A stretch of DNA of 64,000 nt from Desulfomonilia bacterium (lineage in GTDB: Bacteria > Desulfobacterota > Desulfomonilia > UBA1062), in assembly GCA_050014195.1 (NCBI GenBank), contig JBEKDT010000001.1:64001-128000 (forward strand), written 5' to 3'. The position numbers and the translations under genes are program-made. Within the stretch, counting starts at the first letter, position 1, and each line of letters starts with the position of its first letter. The notes beneath the pieces were generated by a model. The model made no database searches. It was not told the origin of the DNA and saw only the letters and a list, made by a program, of their open reading frames with translations. Below, in pieces: positions 29,796 through 38,766 of this stretch.

Positions 29796-30572
29796 ATGAA
29801 TGATCTTTTGACTGAAATGAAAACCAGTGATCTCGTTACCGCCTATCAGCAAATGTTGGCCGATCTGGATGAGGCTTATGCAAGGCTCGTCAGGATAAAA
29901 GGACTCTATGAGAAGATCATAGGGGGACGGTTCTTCCCATGCAAGATAGGCCGTTATGATATGGATTTATACGACCCTGAAAGGGATAAAGAGGACTCAA
30001 GGAAGGGTGTACGGATTAACTGCTGGAAGGTCCTCTTTTCACGGATCAAGAACCTTCTTCCGGCCAGAGAAATTTCGAGTATCGAGAAGCAGCTTTCTGA
30101 TGGAAACGTACCCGAATTTACAGAGGAGAATATACACAAGCTGATGTTTTCCTTTATTACCCGGGGGGATGAGTTTAAAAAGCAGATGATTGAAGACGTA
30201 TTCAACTTCTTGAGGCCGCAAAGGACCGGACTCAAGACCAACCAGAGAACTGCCCTGAAAGAAAAAGCCATCATCCCGGGAATAATCGACCATAACAAGT
30301 ATTGGACAACCCTCTCAAGCTACAGAGAAGACAGTTTATGGGACATGGACAAGATATTTCATCTGCTGGATGGTGCAGGTATGCCAAAGTACCCGGGTAA
30401 TCTTCTCACAAGAATCAGAGACGCCATGAGGGAAATGAAATGGCAAACAGAAACAGAATACTTTGAATGCACATGGCATAAAAACGGAAACATGCATATC
30501 CGGTTCAAACGCATGGATTTAGTTTGCGAGATTAACAAGATTGCCGGATGTGACAAGCTGCAGTCAGTATAA
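29796..30572 (+). CDS. DUF4942 family protein
   Basis: PEFTEENI, VFNFLRP..LKTN, KIFHLLDG, YF..WHKNGNMHIRFKRMDLV; GGAGG RBS before ATG 29796. Confidence 0.75.
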   Translation: MNDLLTEMKTSDLVTAYQQMLADLDEAYARLVRIKGLYEKIIGGRFFPCKIGRYDMDLYDPERDKEDSRKGVRINCWKVLFSRIKNLLPAREISSIEKQLSDGNVPEFTEENIHKLMFSFITRGDEFKKQMIEDVFNFLRPQRTGLKTNQRTALKEKAIIPGIIDHNKYWTTLSSYREDSLWDMDKIFHLLDGAGMPKYPGNLLTRIRDAMREMKWQTETEYFECTWHKNGNMHIRFKRMDLVCEINKIAGCDKLQSV

Positions 30573-30580
30573 AATCAAAG

Positions 30581-30614
30581 TTGCCCCCGGGTCTCCATGG
30601 AGACCCGGGGGCAA
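30581..30614. terminator. 34-bp perfect palindrome after DUF4942
   Basis: TTGCCCCCGGGTCTCCATGGAGACCCGGGGGCAA. Confidence 0.65.
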
Positions 30615-30696
30615 GGTCGCCTGAGATCTTATCTCGATTTGTGTTTGAGACAACAGTAGGAAGGACCACTTTGTGGCCCTGATTTCTTTAAATTAT

Positions 30697-30870
30697 CGCC
30701 CCCTTCACTCGCTTCGATAAGCCTCACGCCAATGGAAAAATCCATTGTCATGAGGCTTGCAGCGCTCCAGGGGCTCATGAAATCTCAAGTTTATCAATGG
30801 ATGGCTCCGCAGTCTTTTGAATCATTTTTCTGAAACCCCTCAGGGCTTTGTGAAGGGGTTCAGGAAAAAT
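30697..30870 (+). repeat. Conserved double-hairpin upstream repeat R5
   Basis: AAGCCTCACGCCAATGG..CCATTGTCATGAGGCTTGCAGCG; TTTTTCTGAAACCCCTCAG..GTGAAGGGGTTCAGGAAAAA. Confidence 0.85.
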
Positions 30871-30904
30871 GTTTTGGGAAAGCTTAAGTTTGAGGAGTTA
30901 TTCA

Positions 30905-31420
30905 ATGGGAGCTATCATTCAGAAGAAGGAACAGAACGATGAGAGTTGCACAAGCAGATCAAAACGTTCACGGGACCCTTTCTCCGAGTTTTACCATCAG
31001 ATTGAAGAAAAATATAAAGACATCCTTTCCATTTCAACGGAGGATGAACCCTATGAATATGTTTCCGGTATCGGTGACCTCTATGAAAAGATATTCAATT
31101 ATGAGATTCCTTCCCAGAAGCTCAATGACTTCCTAAGCAAAGTGAGTTGTGATCTAAAGCCATTGGCCATTCTGGATATCAAGGCAGCGATAGCCGATTG
31201 TCTTGGCGATATGATAGAAACGTATCGCTATGAATCGACAGAAGAGGGACATGTCATCGAAGACTACCTCGACGGTCTTCTCGAAATCGTCAGGAAGTAC
31301 GAAATATCAGCAGCAGATATGCAAAATACGATTGCCTCAACCCACAAAATAAAGGTCAAGAAAAAGGAAATACCCGGAGCTGGAAGAATAAGGCCGAAAC
31401 AGGCTGTATTATTCGACTAG
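30905..31420 (+). CDS. Hypothetical acidic protein (leading region)
   Basis: GAGGAG RBS before ATG 30905; no recognisable motif. Confidence 0.65.
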   Translation: MGAIIQKKEQNDESCTSRSKRSRDPFSEFYHQIEEKYKDILSISTEDEPYEYVSGIGDLYEKIFNYEIPSQKLNDFLSKVSCDLKPLAILDIKAAIADCLGDMIETYRYESTEEGHVIEDYLDGLLEIVRKYEISAADMQNTIASTHKIKVKKKEIPGAGRIRPKQAVLFD

Positions 31421-31438
31421 CTAACTTTTAGAGAATCA

Positions 31439-31693
31439 TTACCCCTTTGGCGGAAGGCCGAAGAGAGCCCGGTCATTATCACGGACCAGGAAGCCATCCA
31501 TGATCTTGATGAGCTCTTCCTCTTTGCCCTTGTATTTGACTTCGAGAAAGTAAGCTCCGATGAGGATCTTCTTCCGCGTGTCTGCGGCCCGTTCCACTTT
31601 CTTCAGGCGGGTCTTGGCATTGGAAATCTGTTGTTCGATCTTCTGTTTTTTCTGCAGAAGTTTTGTGAGTGAATCTGTCTTTTTTGGTTGCAT
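31439..31693 (-). CDS. Small mobilisation accessory protein (MobS/TraD-like)
   Basis: Coiled coil plus DTRKKILIGA..DRALFGLPP; divergent from the relaxase across oriT. Confidence 0.8.
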   Translation of the reverse strand: MQPKKTDSLTKLLQKKQKIEQQISNAKTRLKKVERAADTRKKILIGAYFLEVKYKGKEEELIKIMDGFLVRDNDRALFGLPPKG

Positions 31694-31872
31694 TCTGCCC
31701 TCTCAAAGTAATATAAATACAAATGTTGTTATGTTTTAATTTATGTGAGGTTAGATGTCAAGCGAGAGCACACCAAGGTTTTTCATGAGCCCGGTAGCGT
31801 ATCGGGATTTATCGTAACGTACGAGGCAATCCCCATGCATGAGCAGACCGAAGGGCCAAAAACTTTACGAAG

Positions 31873-31910
31873 GAAAGGCGCACATACATGTCGCAAGCGA
31901 CATATGCGCT
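31873..31910 (-). other. oriT of MOBQ/Ti type
   Basis: Minus strand TATGTGCG^CCTT resembles the MOBQ nick motif TAAGTGCG^CCCT; adjacent IR ATGTCGC-AA-GCGACAT. Confidence 0.75.
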
Positions 31911-31939
31911 CGGTGCTAAAGCTGAGGAAGAGGCATTAA

Positions 31940-34864
31940 ATGGCGTGTTATCATATCCAAGTTAAAATAATCAGCAGAGGTGGAGGCAAATGCGCCGTTT
32001 CCGCAGCAGCCTACCGCTCGCGGGATAAGCTCTATGATGAACGCCTGGACATGACATTCGACTATACGAAGAAAAAGGACCTCGCCTATGCAGAGATCCT
32101 CCTTCCGGAAAATGCACCGGAGAGACTGAAAGACCGGCAGACCCTCTGGAATGAAGTCGAAAGAGTCGAGAAACGAAAAGATGCACGCCTCTCCCGGGAA
32201 GTCGAGTTAGCTCTTCCCAAGGAACTGAACTTCGAACAACAGGTAGCCCTCGTAAAGGAATATGCACAGAGTCAATTCGTGGACAGAGGCATGATAGCCG
32301 ACATCTGCATCCATAAGAGTGATAAAAATCCTCATGTTCATATTATGCTTACAACAAGAGAAGTTACCAGGGATGGCTTTGGTAAAAAAGTAACCGCATG
32401 GAATGATAAAGCAGAACTCCTGAAATGGCGGGAAGAGTGGGCGAATATCCAGAACCGGAAATTGCTGGAAGCAGGTCACGATATCCAAGTAGACCACAGA
32501 AGCTTTGCAGATAGAGGCATTGACCTTGAGCCGACATCGAAGATCGGGATAGCAGCAAAATACCTGCCCAAAGGTTACCTCCACCTGCAAGAAACCCGAG
32601 GACTTGATCGCCTCGAAGAGTACCAGAGGATATGCCGCGAGAACGGAGAACGTATTATCAACGATCCGATAAAAGCCTTGAAGCTCGTTGGGCATTACGA
32701 TGCCGTGTTCAAGCGGGAAGACATCATGGATTTTGCCTTCCGGCACAGCGCAGATGCGGATCAGTTCAACCGTGTTTTCTCTGCCCTTGAGAACAGTCAA
32801 GAGCTCATCAAGATCGGGAAAAACGAGAAAGGGGAAGACCTGTTCTCTACCCGCACAATGATGATGAGCGAGAAGACCATGCTCGATAATGCGAGAGTCA
32901 TGACATCTTCAAACGGTCACGTCCTGGAGCAGGCTATCATCAACCAGACAGCGAAAAACTACACCATGAGCGAGGAGCAGGAAAAGGCATTCAGAAGTAT
33001 CGCAGAGGGCGATGATATCTCCGTCATGATCGGTCGTGCAGGAACAGGGAAAAGCTACACCCTTGGAGCTGTCAAAGAAGCATATGAAGCAGGAGGATAT
33101 CGGGTAAGAGGCCTTGCACTTTCGGGCATCGCAGCAGAAGGCCTTCAGAATGAAAGCGGCATCGAAAGCACAACCATCTTCAGGCAGTTGGATGATTGGG
33201 AAAATGAGAGAAATCTACTCAACAAAGACCAGATCCTGGTGATCGATGAAGCAGGTATGGTTGGAACAAGACAGATGCATAAGATTCTAGAGCACGCCCA
33301 TGATACAGGAGCAAAAGTGATCCTTGTGGGAGACAATGAACAGCTTCAGTCAATCGAGGCAGGAGGATCATTCAGAGGTATTATCCAGAGAACCGGATAC
33401 GTGGAACTTGCAGAAGTGAGAAGACAACATGTTGATTGGCAGAAACAGGCAACCGTAGAATTCTCAGGCAACAAAGAACAAGCAGAAAAAGCCCTGGAAA
33501 TGTACCACGACCATAGTCATATCCATGAACTCCAGACCAGGCAGGACGCCAAGGATCAGATGCTGAAAGAATGGGCGGATCAACAACAACTTTCAAAACA
33601 GAAACACGAGACCAGCCTCATGATGGCCTACACAAACAAGGACGTAAATGAACTTAATCAGGGGGCAAGAGAACACAGAAAAATGCACGGAGAACTTCGT
33701 GGCTACGAACACACATTCATGACCGAAAAAGGAGAGAGAAATTTCTGCACCGGGGACCGGATTATATTCCTCAGGAACGAGCATTCTTTAGGCGTAAGGA
33801 ATGGTTCTCTCGGTACAGTAGAGAGCATCAACCGGGGAGCCATATCCGTCAAACTCGATAAAGGCGACAGGGTCGCTATCGATACCAGCATGTATAAAGA
33901 TTTCGATCACGGCTATGCAGCCACCGTGCATAAGACACAGGGTTCAACACTTGACCATACCTTTGTGCTCGGCTCACGTCATTTTGATAAGCATACTGCA
34001 TATGTTGCCATGAGCAGACATAGAGAAAATGTGACCATGTACTACGGCAAGGATGAATTCAGGAACTTTGAAGACCTGCAGAGAGTCATGAGCAGAGAAC
34101 GGCCTAAGAGTCTGGTTGTTGATTATGGACTGCCCAGGGGCATTGAAGTGGATAACAGAGTCATCGAGGCTGAGAGGGTTATGACTCACGAAGAAAGACG
34201 CATCCAGGCCCAGGAATGGCAACAGCAAAGAGACCAGGAACAGTATGTCAAACAAATGAAGGAAAGAGGCATTCAAGTTGAATTACCCAAAGATAAATCT
34301 GTAGCCGGATACTTTACGAGAGTGGAAGAGATTGGCGGAAGGAAATATGCAGTTATCGATACCCATGCTAATCCAACCAAGGGGAATCGCTACCTGATAC
34401 CCTATGAGAAGCAATACGACCAGATGCAGATGCACCACTATGTAGCCTATGATGGAAAGGAATTGGGATATGCCAAGCGGAGCAGAACCCCTGAGAAGGA
34501 AATACAACAACAAGTTTCTCAGGAGAAGCAGGGAGAAAAAGGCATATCGACACCCGACCGGAAACTTACTCCGGAAGAATTCAATTACTGCCAGCGCATG
34601 CAAGATAGGGGGCTTAAGGTTGACTTCCCAAGAGAAAGGGCTGTGGAAGGCTATTATACAAAGATCGAGGAACTCGGCGGCAATAAATATGCAGTGATTG
34701 AATCGAAGGGTGTTCGCTACATGGTATCCTATGACAAGCAATACGATAAGATGCAGATGCACCGGTATGTTTCATATGACGGTCAAACGATGCGTTCTGC
34801 AAAGGCTCCATCGATAAAAATAGAAAAAAATCAGGGGCTGGGACTTGGAAAGAAGTTAAATTGA
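31940..34864 (+). CDS. traA: Ti-type conjugative relaxase-helicase TraA (MobA/MobL, MOBQ)
   Basis: AAAYRSR, ALPKEL, H..NPHVHIML; RecD-like GRAGTGKS, VIDEAGM, GYAATVHKTQG. Confidence 0.95.
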   Translation: MACYHIQVKIISRGGGKCAVSAAAYRSRDKLYDERLDMTFDYTKKKDLAYAEILLPENAPERLKDRQTLWNEVERVEKRKDARLSREVELALPKELNFEQQVALVKEYAQSQFVDRGMIADICIHKSDKNPHVHIMLTTREVTRDGFGKKVTAWNDKAELLKWREEWANIQNRKLLEAGHDIQVDHRSFADRGIDLEPTSKIGIAAKYLPKGYLHLQETRGLDRLEEYQRICRENGERIINDPIKALKLVGHYDAVFKREDIMDFAFRHSADADQFNRVFSALENSQELIKIGKNEKGEDLFSTRTMMMSEKTMLDNARVMTSSNGHVLEQAIINQTAKNYTMSEEQEKAFRSIAEGDDISVMIGRAGTGKSYTLGAVKEAYEAGGYRVRGLALSGIAAEGLQNESGIESTTIFRQLDDWENERNLLNKDQILVIDEAGMVGTRQMHKILEHAHDTGAKVILVGDNEQLQSIEAGGSFRGIIQRTGYVELAEVRRQHVDWQKQATVEFSGNKEQAEKALEMYHDHSHIHELQTRQDAKDQMLKEWADQQQLSKQKHETSLMMAYTNKDVNELNQGAREHRKMHGELRGYEHTFMTEKGERNFCTGDRIIFLRNEHSLGVRNGSLGTVESINRGAISVKLDKGDRVAIDTSMYKDFDHGYAATVHKTQGSTLDHTFVLGSRHFDKHTAYVAMSRHRENVTMYYGKDEFRNFEDLQRVMSRERPKSLVVDYGLPRGIEVDNRVIEAERVMTHEERRIQAQEWQQQRDQEQYVKQMKERGIQVELPKDKSVAGYFTRVEEIGGRKYAVIDTHANPTKGNRYLIPYEKQYDQMQMHHYVAYDGKELGYAKRSRTPEKEIQQQVSQEKQGEKGISTPDRKLTPEEFNYCQRMQDRGLKVDFPRERAVEGYYTKIEELGGNKYAVIESKGVRYMVSYDKQYDKMQMHRYVSYDGQTMRSAKAPSIKIEKNQGLGLGKKLN

Positions 34865-34875
34865 AGAGGGAATAA

Positions 34876-35559
34876 TCATCTCAAAACGTGCTCCATGATT
34901 TCAGGAGAATCATTCCGAGGATCGTTCACAAGTTTCGAGACTTCATATGCTTCCATCTCCTCGGCAGGATAAGGCTTAAGGCAATTCAGCAAGGCAGCTT
35001 CCTCTTCTCTCTGTGAACTCAGCCACGACTTGAAGCAATCAGGAGATAGGATAGCAGGCATCCTGTCATGGATCTTTTTGATCAGTGAATTTGCTTCCGT
35101 GGTGATGATCGTGCTTGAGATGATCGTATTTCCGGTTTCCTTATCACGCCACCTATCCCAAAGCCCAGCAAAGACGATGGGCTTTCCGCTTTTTAGCTTG
35201 ATGAGGTAAGGCGTCCTTGTCTTATTCGCAGTATCCCATTCATAAAACCCCATTGCCGGGATGATGCACCTGGTTCGTTTGAGTGGCTCTTTAAAAGACG
35301 GTTTCTGTGTAAGCGTCTCCGCCCTGGCATTTATCAACCGGTTCCCGATGTTCTTATCTTTTGCCCAGTAAGGTATAAGTCCCCAACGAGTGAGGGTAAG
35401 CCTCGGCGTAGGGGTATTAATCACGGTCAGAATATCTTTCGTGGGCGTGACGTTATAGCTCTGGGTAAAGTGACTCAGAGCCTCCTCGTCCACTTCCAAC
35501 TCTGAGAAGCCTACCTCGATCTGCTCTGGGTCAATGATCTGGATGAAACGGCCGCACAT
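34876..35559 (-). CDS. SOS response-associated peptidase (SRAP/YedK)
   Basis: True start MCGRF (catalytic Cys2), WGLIP, INARAET, GFYEW, IHDRMP. Confidence 0.92.
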   Translation of the reverse strand: MCGRFIQIIDPEQIEVGFSELEVDEEALSHFTQSYNVTPTKDILTVINTPTPRLTLTRWGLIPYWAKDKNIGNRLINARAETLTQKPSFKEPLKRTRCIIPAMGFYEWDTANKTRTPYLIKLKSGKPIVFAGLWDRWRDKETGNTIISSTIITTEANSLIKKIHDRMPAILSPDCFKSWLSSQREEEAALLNCLKPYPAEEMEAYEVSKLVNDPRNDSPEIMEHVLR

Positions 35560-35700
35560 TATTCGTTCCTCTTCTGATATACTGGGTTGTACATCAAATA
35601 ATGATAAGTTGTCCATGCACAGGAGCTTTGCACGGTTATCCAGATCTCTTCCCCCGCTCTCCTTTACAGTCAACTCCCGTGGTGTTAGTATCTCCTGCTT

Positions 35701-36153
35701 GTGACAAAAATCTCAGAAAAAAACGAATTGCGTGTTACAGGAATCTGGGGCTTCGAAAGCAAGTCTAGCCTCAAGATACCCCTCTTCTCTGTAGGCATAT
35801 CTGCTGGATTCCCCTCACCGGCAGAAGACAGCATTGAAAAGAATCTCGACCTCAATGAGTTTCTCATCAAACATCCGTCTGCAACATTCTTTGTCCGAGT
35901 TGCAGGAGATTCGATGACCGGGGCGGGTATTCATACCGGCGATATCCTCATCGTAGACAGAGCTTTGGAACCAAAATCGGGTAATGTGGTGATTGCCATG
36001 GTCAATGGCGACTTTACAGTGAAAAGGTATAACCACATAGATGGCAGATGTTTCCTCCTGGCTGAAAATTCTCAGTTTAAGCCTATCGAGATAACGGACG
36101 GCATGCAGGTGGAGGTGTGGGGAGTCGTTTCTTACGTAATCCACAAGGTGTGA
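35701..36153 (+). CDS. umuD: UmuD-like S24 peptidase
   Basis: SAGFPSPA cleavage site, GDSM, FTVKR. Confidence 0.92.
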   Translation: MTKISEKNELRVTGIWGFESKSSLKIPLFSVGISAGFPSPAEDSIEKNLDLNEFLIKHPSATFFVRVAGDSMTGAGIHTGDILIVDRALEPKSGNVVIAMVNGDFTVKRYNHIDGRCFLLAENSQFKPIEITDGMQVEVWGVVSYVIHKV

Positions 36154-36156
36154 TCA

Positions 36157-37416
36157 ATGGAACAGATCTTTGCTCTGGTAGACTGCAACAACTTTTATGC
36201 ATCCTGCGAACGTGTTTTTAACCCTTCTATTGATGGTAAACCGGTTGTCGTACTTTCAAACAATGATGGGTGTATCATAGCCAGATCAAACGAAGCTAAG
36301 GCATTAGGCATTAAGATGGGAGAACCTCTGCATCAGTGTCAAACTCTCATCGCAAAAAACAAAGTGCACGTCTTTTCATCTAACTTCCCGCTATATGGCG
36401 ATCTGTCTGCCCGTGTAATGGGGACACTTGCTACCTTTACTCCCGAGATGGAGGTCTATTCAATAGATGAGGCTTTTCTAGATCTCACCGGCATTCCTGA
36501 GAACCTCACTGAGTATGGAAGAATTATCAGGAAGACCGTAAAAAGATGGGTCGGCATCCCTGTGTCCATCGGGATAGCTCCCACCAAAACACTTGCTAAG
36601 GCTGCTGCAAAGCTAGTGAAGAAGCGGAGTGAATATCAAGGAGTATTCGATATCACAGACCACATAGAAACCCTCGCCGACATTGATGTGGGAGATGTAT
36701 GGGGGGTTGGTTGGCAGTATACCAAGCTCCTCAGGCGACATGGGATCTTGACTGCGCTGGATTTGAGGAATGCACCTGCTTCCTGGGTTAGAAAGCACAT
36801 GACTGTTGTGGGCCTGCGCATAGTTATGGAGCTTAGAGGTACGTCCTGCATACCCCTTGATGAAGGAGAGCAACCCAAAAAGTCCATTATGTGCTCCAGG
36901 TCCTTTGGCCGTAAGGTCTATACCCTTAATGAGCTTAAGGAAGCTGTATCCGCTTATACATCCAGGGTATCCGAGAAACTGCGTGAACAGAATTCTGCTG
37001 CATCCATCATCCAAGTGATGCTCATCGAGTTTCCATTCAATGATGGGCATCCAAGGACTCATTTCTGCTCTACCACAATTCCTGTTGCCACCTCGTACAC
37101 CCCTGACCTCATACGGTATGCCAAGGCCCTTCTGGAACGTGTATACCGGAAAGGTCCGGCATATAGGAAGGCAGGGGTAATGCTCTCCGGAATATGTCAG
37201 AGAGGACAGGTGCAAATGAACCTTTTCCACACCAGTCGTGAAGGGGAACAAGAGCTAAAACTCATGCAGACCGTGGATGAAGTAAACAGGCGATGGGGCA
37301 GAGGAACTCTCATCCATGCCTCCTCCGGCTTCGCGCGACCGTGGTGGATGAGGCAGACAAGGCGATCTCCCCAATTCACGACATCCTGGACAGATATCCC
37401 GGTTGTAAAGGCTTAA
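36157..37416 (+). CDS. umuC: Y-family DNA polymerase V subunit
   Basis: LVDCNNFYASCE, SNNDGC, YSIDEAF, C-terminal W.M....SP.FTT.W. Confidence 0.95.
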   Translation: MEQIFALVDCNNFYASCERVFNPSIDGKPVVVLSNNDGCIIARSNEAKALGIKMGEPLHQCQTLIAKNKVHVFSSNFPLYGDLSARVMGTLATFTPEMEVYSIDEAFLDLTGIPENLTEYGRIIRKTVKRWVGIPVSIGIAPTKTLAKAAAKLVKKRSEYQGVFDITDHIETLADIDVGDVWGVGWQYTKLLRRHGILTALDLRNAPASWVRKHMTVVGLRIVMELRGTSCIPLDEGEQPKKSIMCSRSFGRKVYTLNELKEAVSAYTSRVSEKLREQNSAASIIQVMLIEFPFNDGHPRTHFCSTTIPVATSYTPDLIRYAKALLERVYRKGPAYRKAGVMLSGICQRGQVQMNLFHTSREGEQELKLMQTVDEVNRRWGRGTLIHASSGFARPWWMRQTRRSPQFTTSWTDIPVVKA

Positions 37417-37477
37417 TTCTCTTTCTTCTCGTTCACCTAAATCAATTTTACATACTCAAAGTTAAGGAGGGTATATT

Positions 37478-38266
37478 TCACTTAGTGCTGTCAATGATTG
37501 CTTTTAACAAAGAAACCGACATAGCCACCTGCTTCAAAGCTTCATCCTCGGTAATGATTCTCTTCTGTGCGTAACACTTATTAGCCAAGCCGATTGAGCT
37601 ATTTGCTATCTTTGATATCTCCCTCTTAAGATCATCAATGGATTTGATTTGAATCGGAGTTACCATCTTTTCAAAAGCTCGCTTCTTTTCAGTGCTAAGA
37701 GGTAAGACGGAGTCTAATGCATCATCAAATTCAGCGTGATGTTCTTTGCTCCACTTGCCTATTTCAGTATATACCTTCCCATCACCGGTAGGAGAGCTAT
37801 CATAGGGGAAATTATGAAGAGGTTGAGATAGATCACCGACATAATGGGCTATGTTACCGAGATAATAATCATACTCCCATCCCCTTGACCCTTTCAGCTT
37901 TTTATAAAGCTGCACTATCTCCCAGTATAAGACCCCGGATGAATCGGGAACTCTAATCTTGATTGGTTGTGATCCTGGGGAACCCAATTTTTGATAAGTA
38001 CCTACGGTTATCTGATACCGGTCAATATATTCCGGAGTAACAATGGTATTAGGAGCAGCATCATGCCAGTGATACGGAACTAATAAGGCATATTCTTCAT
38101 TCCTGGAGAGATCAGGGAAACATGCTGTTTCAGGATCTGCAATACCAGCCTCTTGGGCAATAAGTATGTGGGTTATTGATGACCATGCCTGAGCATTAGT
38201 TGAAAGAATGAGTATTGTAAGGATACTTATAATGGCTCTCGATGAATATTTCATAATTGACCTCAC
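37478..38266 (-). CDS. Secreted S1/P1 nuclease / phospholipase C-like Zn enzyme
   Basis: Signal peptide then mature W..xxH start (AQA-WSSITH), PD, HWH, HYVGDLSQPLH. Confidence 0.7.
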   Translation of the reverse strand: MRSIMKYSSRAIISILTILILSTNAQAWSSITHILIAQEAGIADPETACFPDLSRNEEYALLVPYHWHDAAPNTIVTPEYIDRYQITVGTYQKLGSPGSQPIKIRVPDSSGVLYWEIVQLYKKLKGSRGWEYDYYLGNIAHYVGDLSQPLHNFPYDSSPTGDGKVYTEIGKWSKEHHAEFDDALDSVLPLSTEKKRAFEKMVTPIQIKSIDDLKREISKIANSSIGLANKCYAQKRIITEDEALKQVAMSVSLLKAIIDSTK

Positions 38267-38411
38267 TTTGTTGGCAGTAGGGAATCACAGTTGAAATGTC
38301 ATATGATACTGAAATAATTATATCATATTATTATGGAATAATCCACTTTGAGCTGACCTCCTGGTTGTTCTAACGTATCTGATTGTATGGTGGTGATGTT
38401 TATATGGTGGA

Positions 38412-38440
38412 TTGAGTCCTTTATGATAGTATGCTATTAT
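38412..38440 (+). promoter_or_regulatory. Sigma70 promoter with extended -10
   Basis: TTGAGT-17-TATTAT with TG at -15/-14; predicted +1 at G38447. Confidence 0.7.
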
Positions 38441-38446
38441 TCAATT

Positions 38447-38766
38447 GGGAGGCGTAGCTTCCCCATCACCTTCAGCCTGAAAAGGCGAAAGGAGGCTTCA
38501 CATGAGTAAGCTCATTGCTTACCTAATGATGGGGCGGCGTTCGTTTGTGGCTGAATTCTCGATTTGAAAAACTCCGGACCGTGGTAGCCCAATAGCTATC
38601 GCGATTCCATTCTCATTCTCGACCGGAGTCACAAGGGGCACCTGTCGTTGCGTCGATGACGCAACGAGCCAAGAAGACTAGCGATTGTCCTATCGTCGCG
38701 GTCAGGCCCAGCAGGTGTTACACACCGCTGTCAGAATTCTGATTGCGAACGTGTGTAGCGCCTCCC
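38447..38766 (+). ncRNA. Candidate ~320-nt highly structured RNA (unassigned family)
   Basis: 5'/3' pairing GGGAGGCG/CGCCTCCC enclosing four stem domains with many G-U pairs and a GAAA tetraloop; promoter directly upstream. Confidence 0.7.

Noticed and set aside
27185-30870. CRISPR array interpretation of the repeats
   Set aside because: Units are 160-200 bp, diverged and separated by whole genes; no cas genes are present
38447-38766. Retron msr-msd, tmRNA, RNase P or group II intron identity for the structured RNA
   Set aside because: No reverse transcriptase in the window, no tRNA-like T-arm/CCA end, and no RNase P or domain V signature seen
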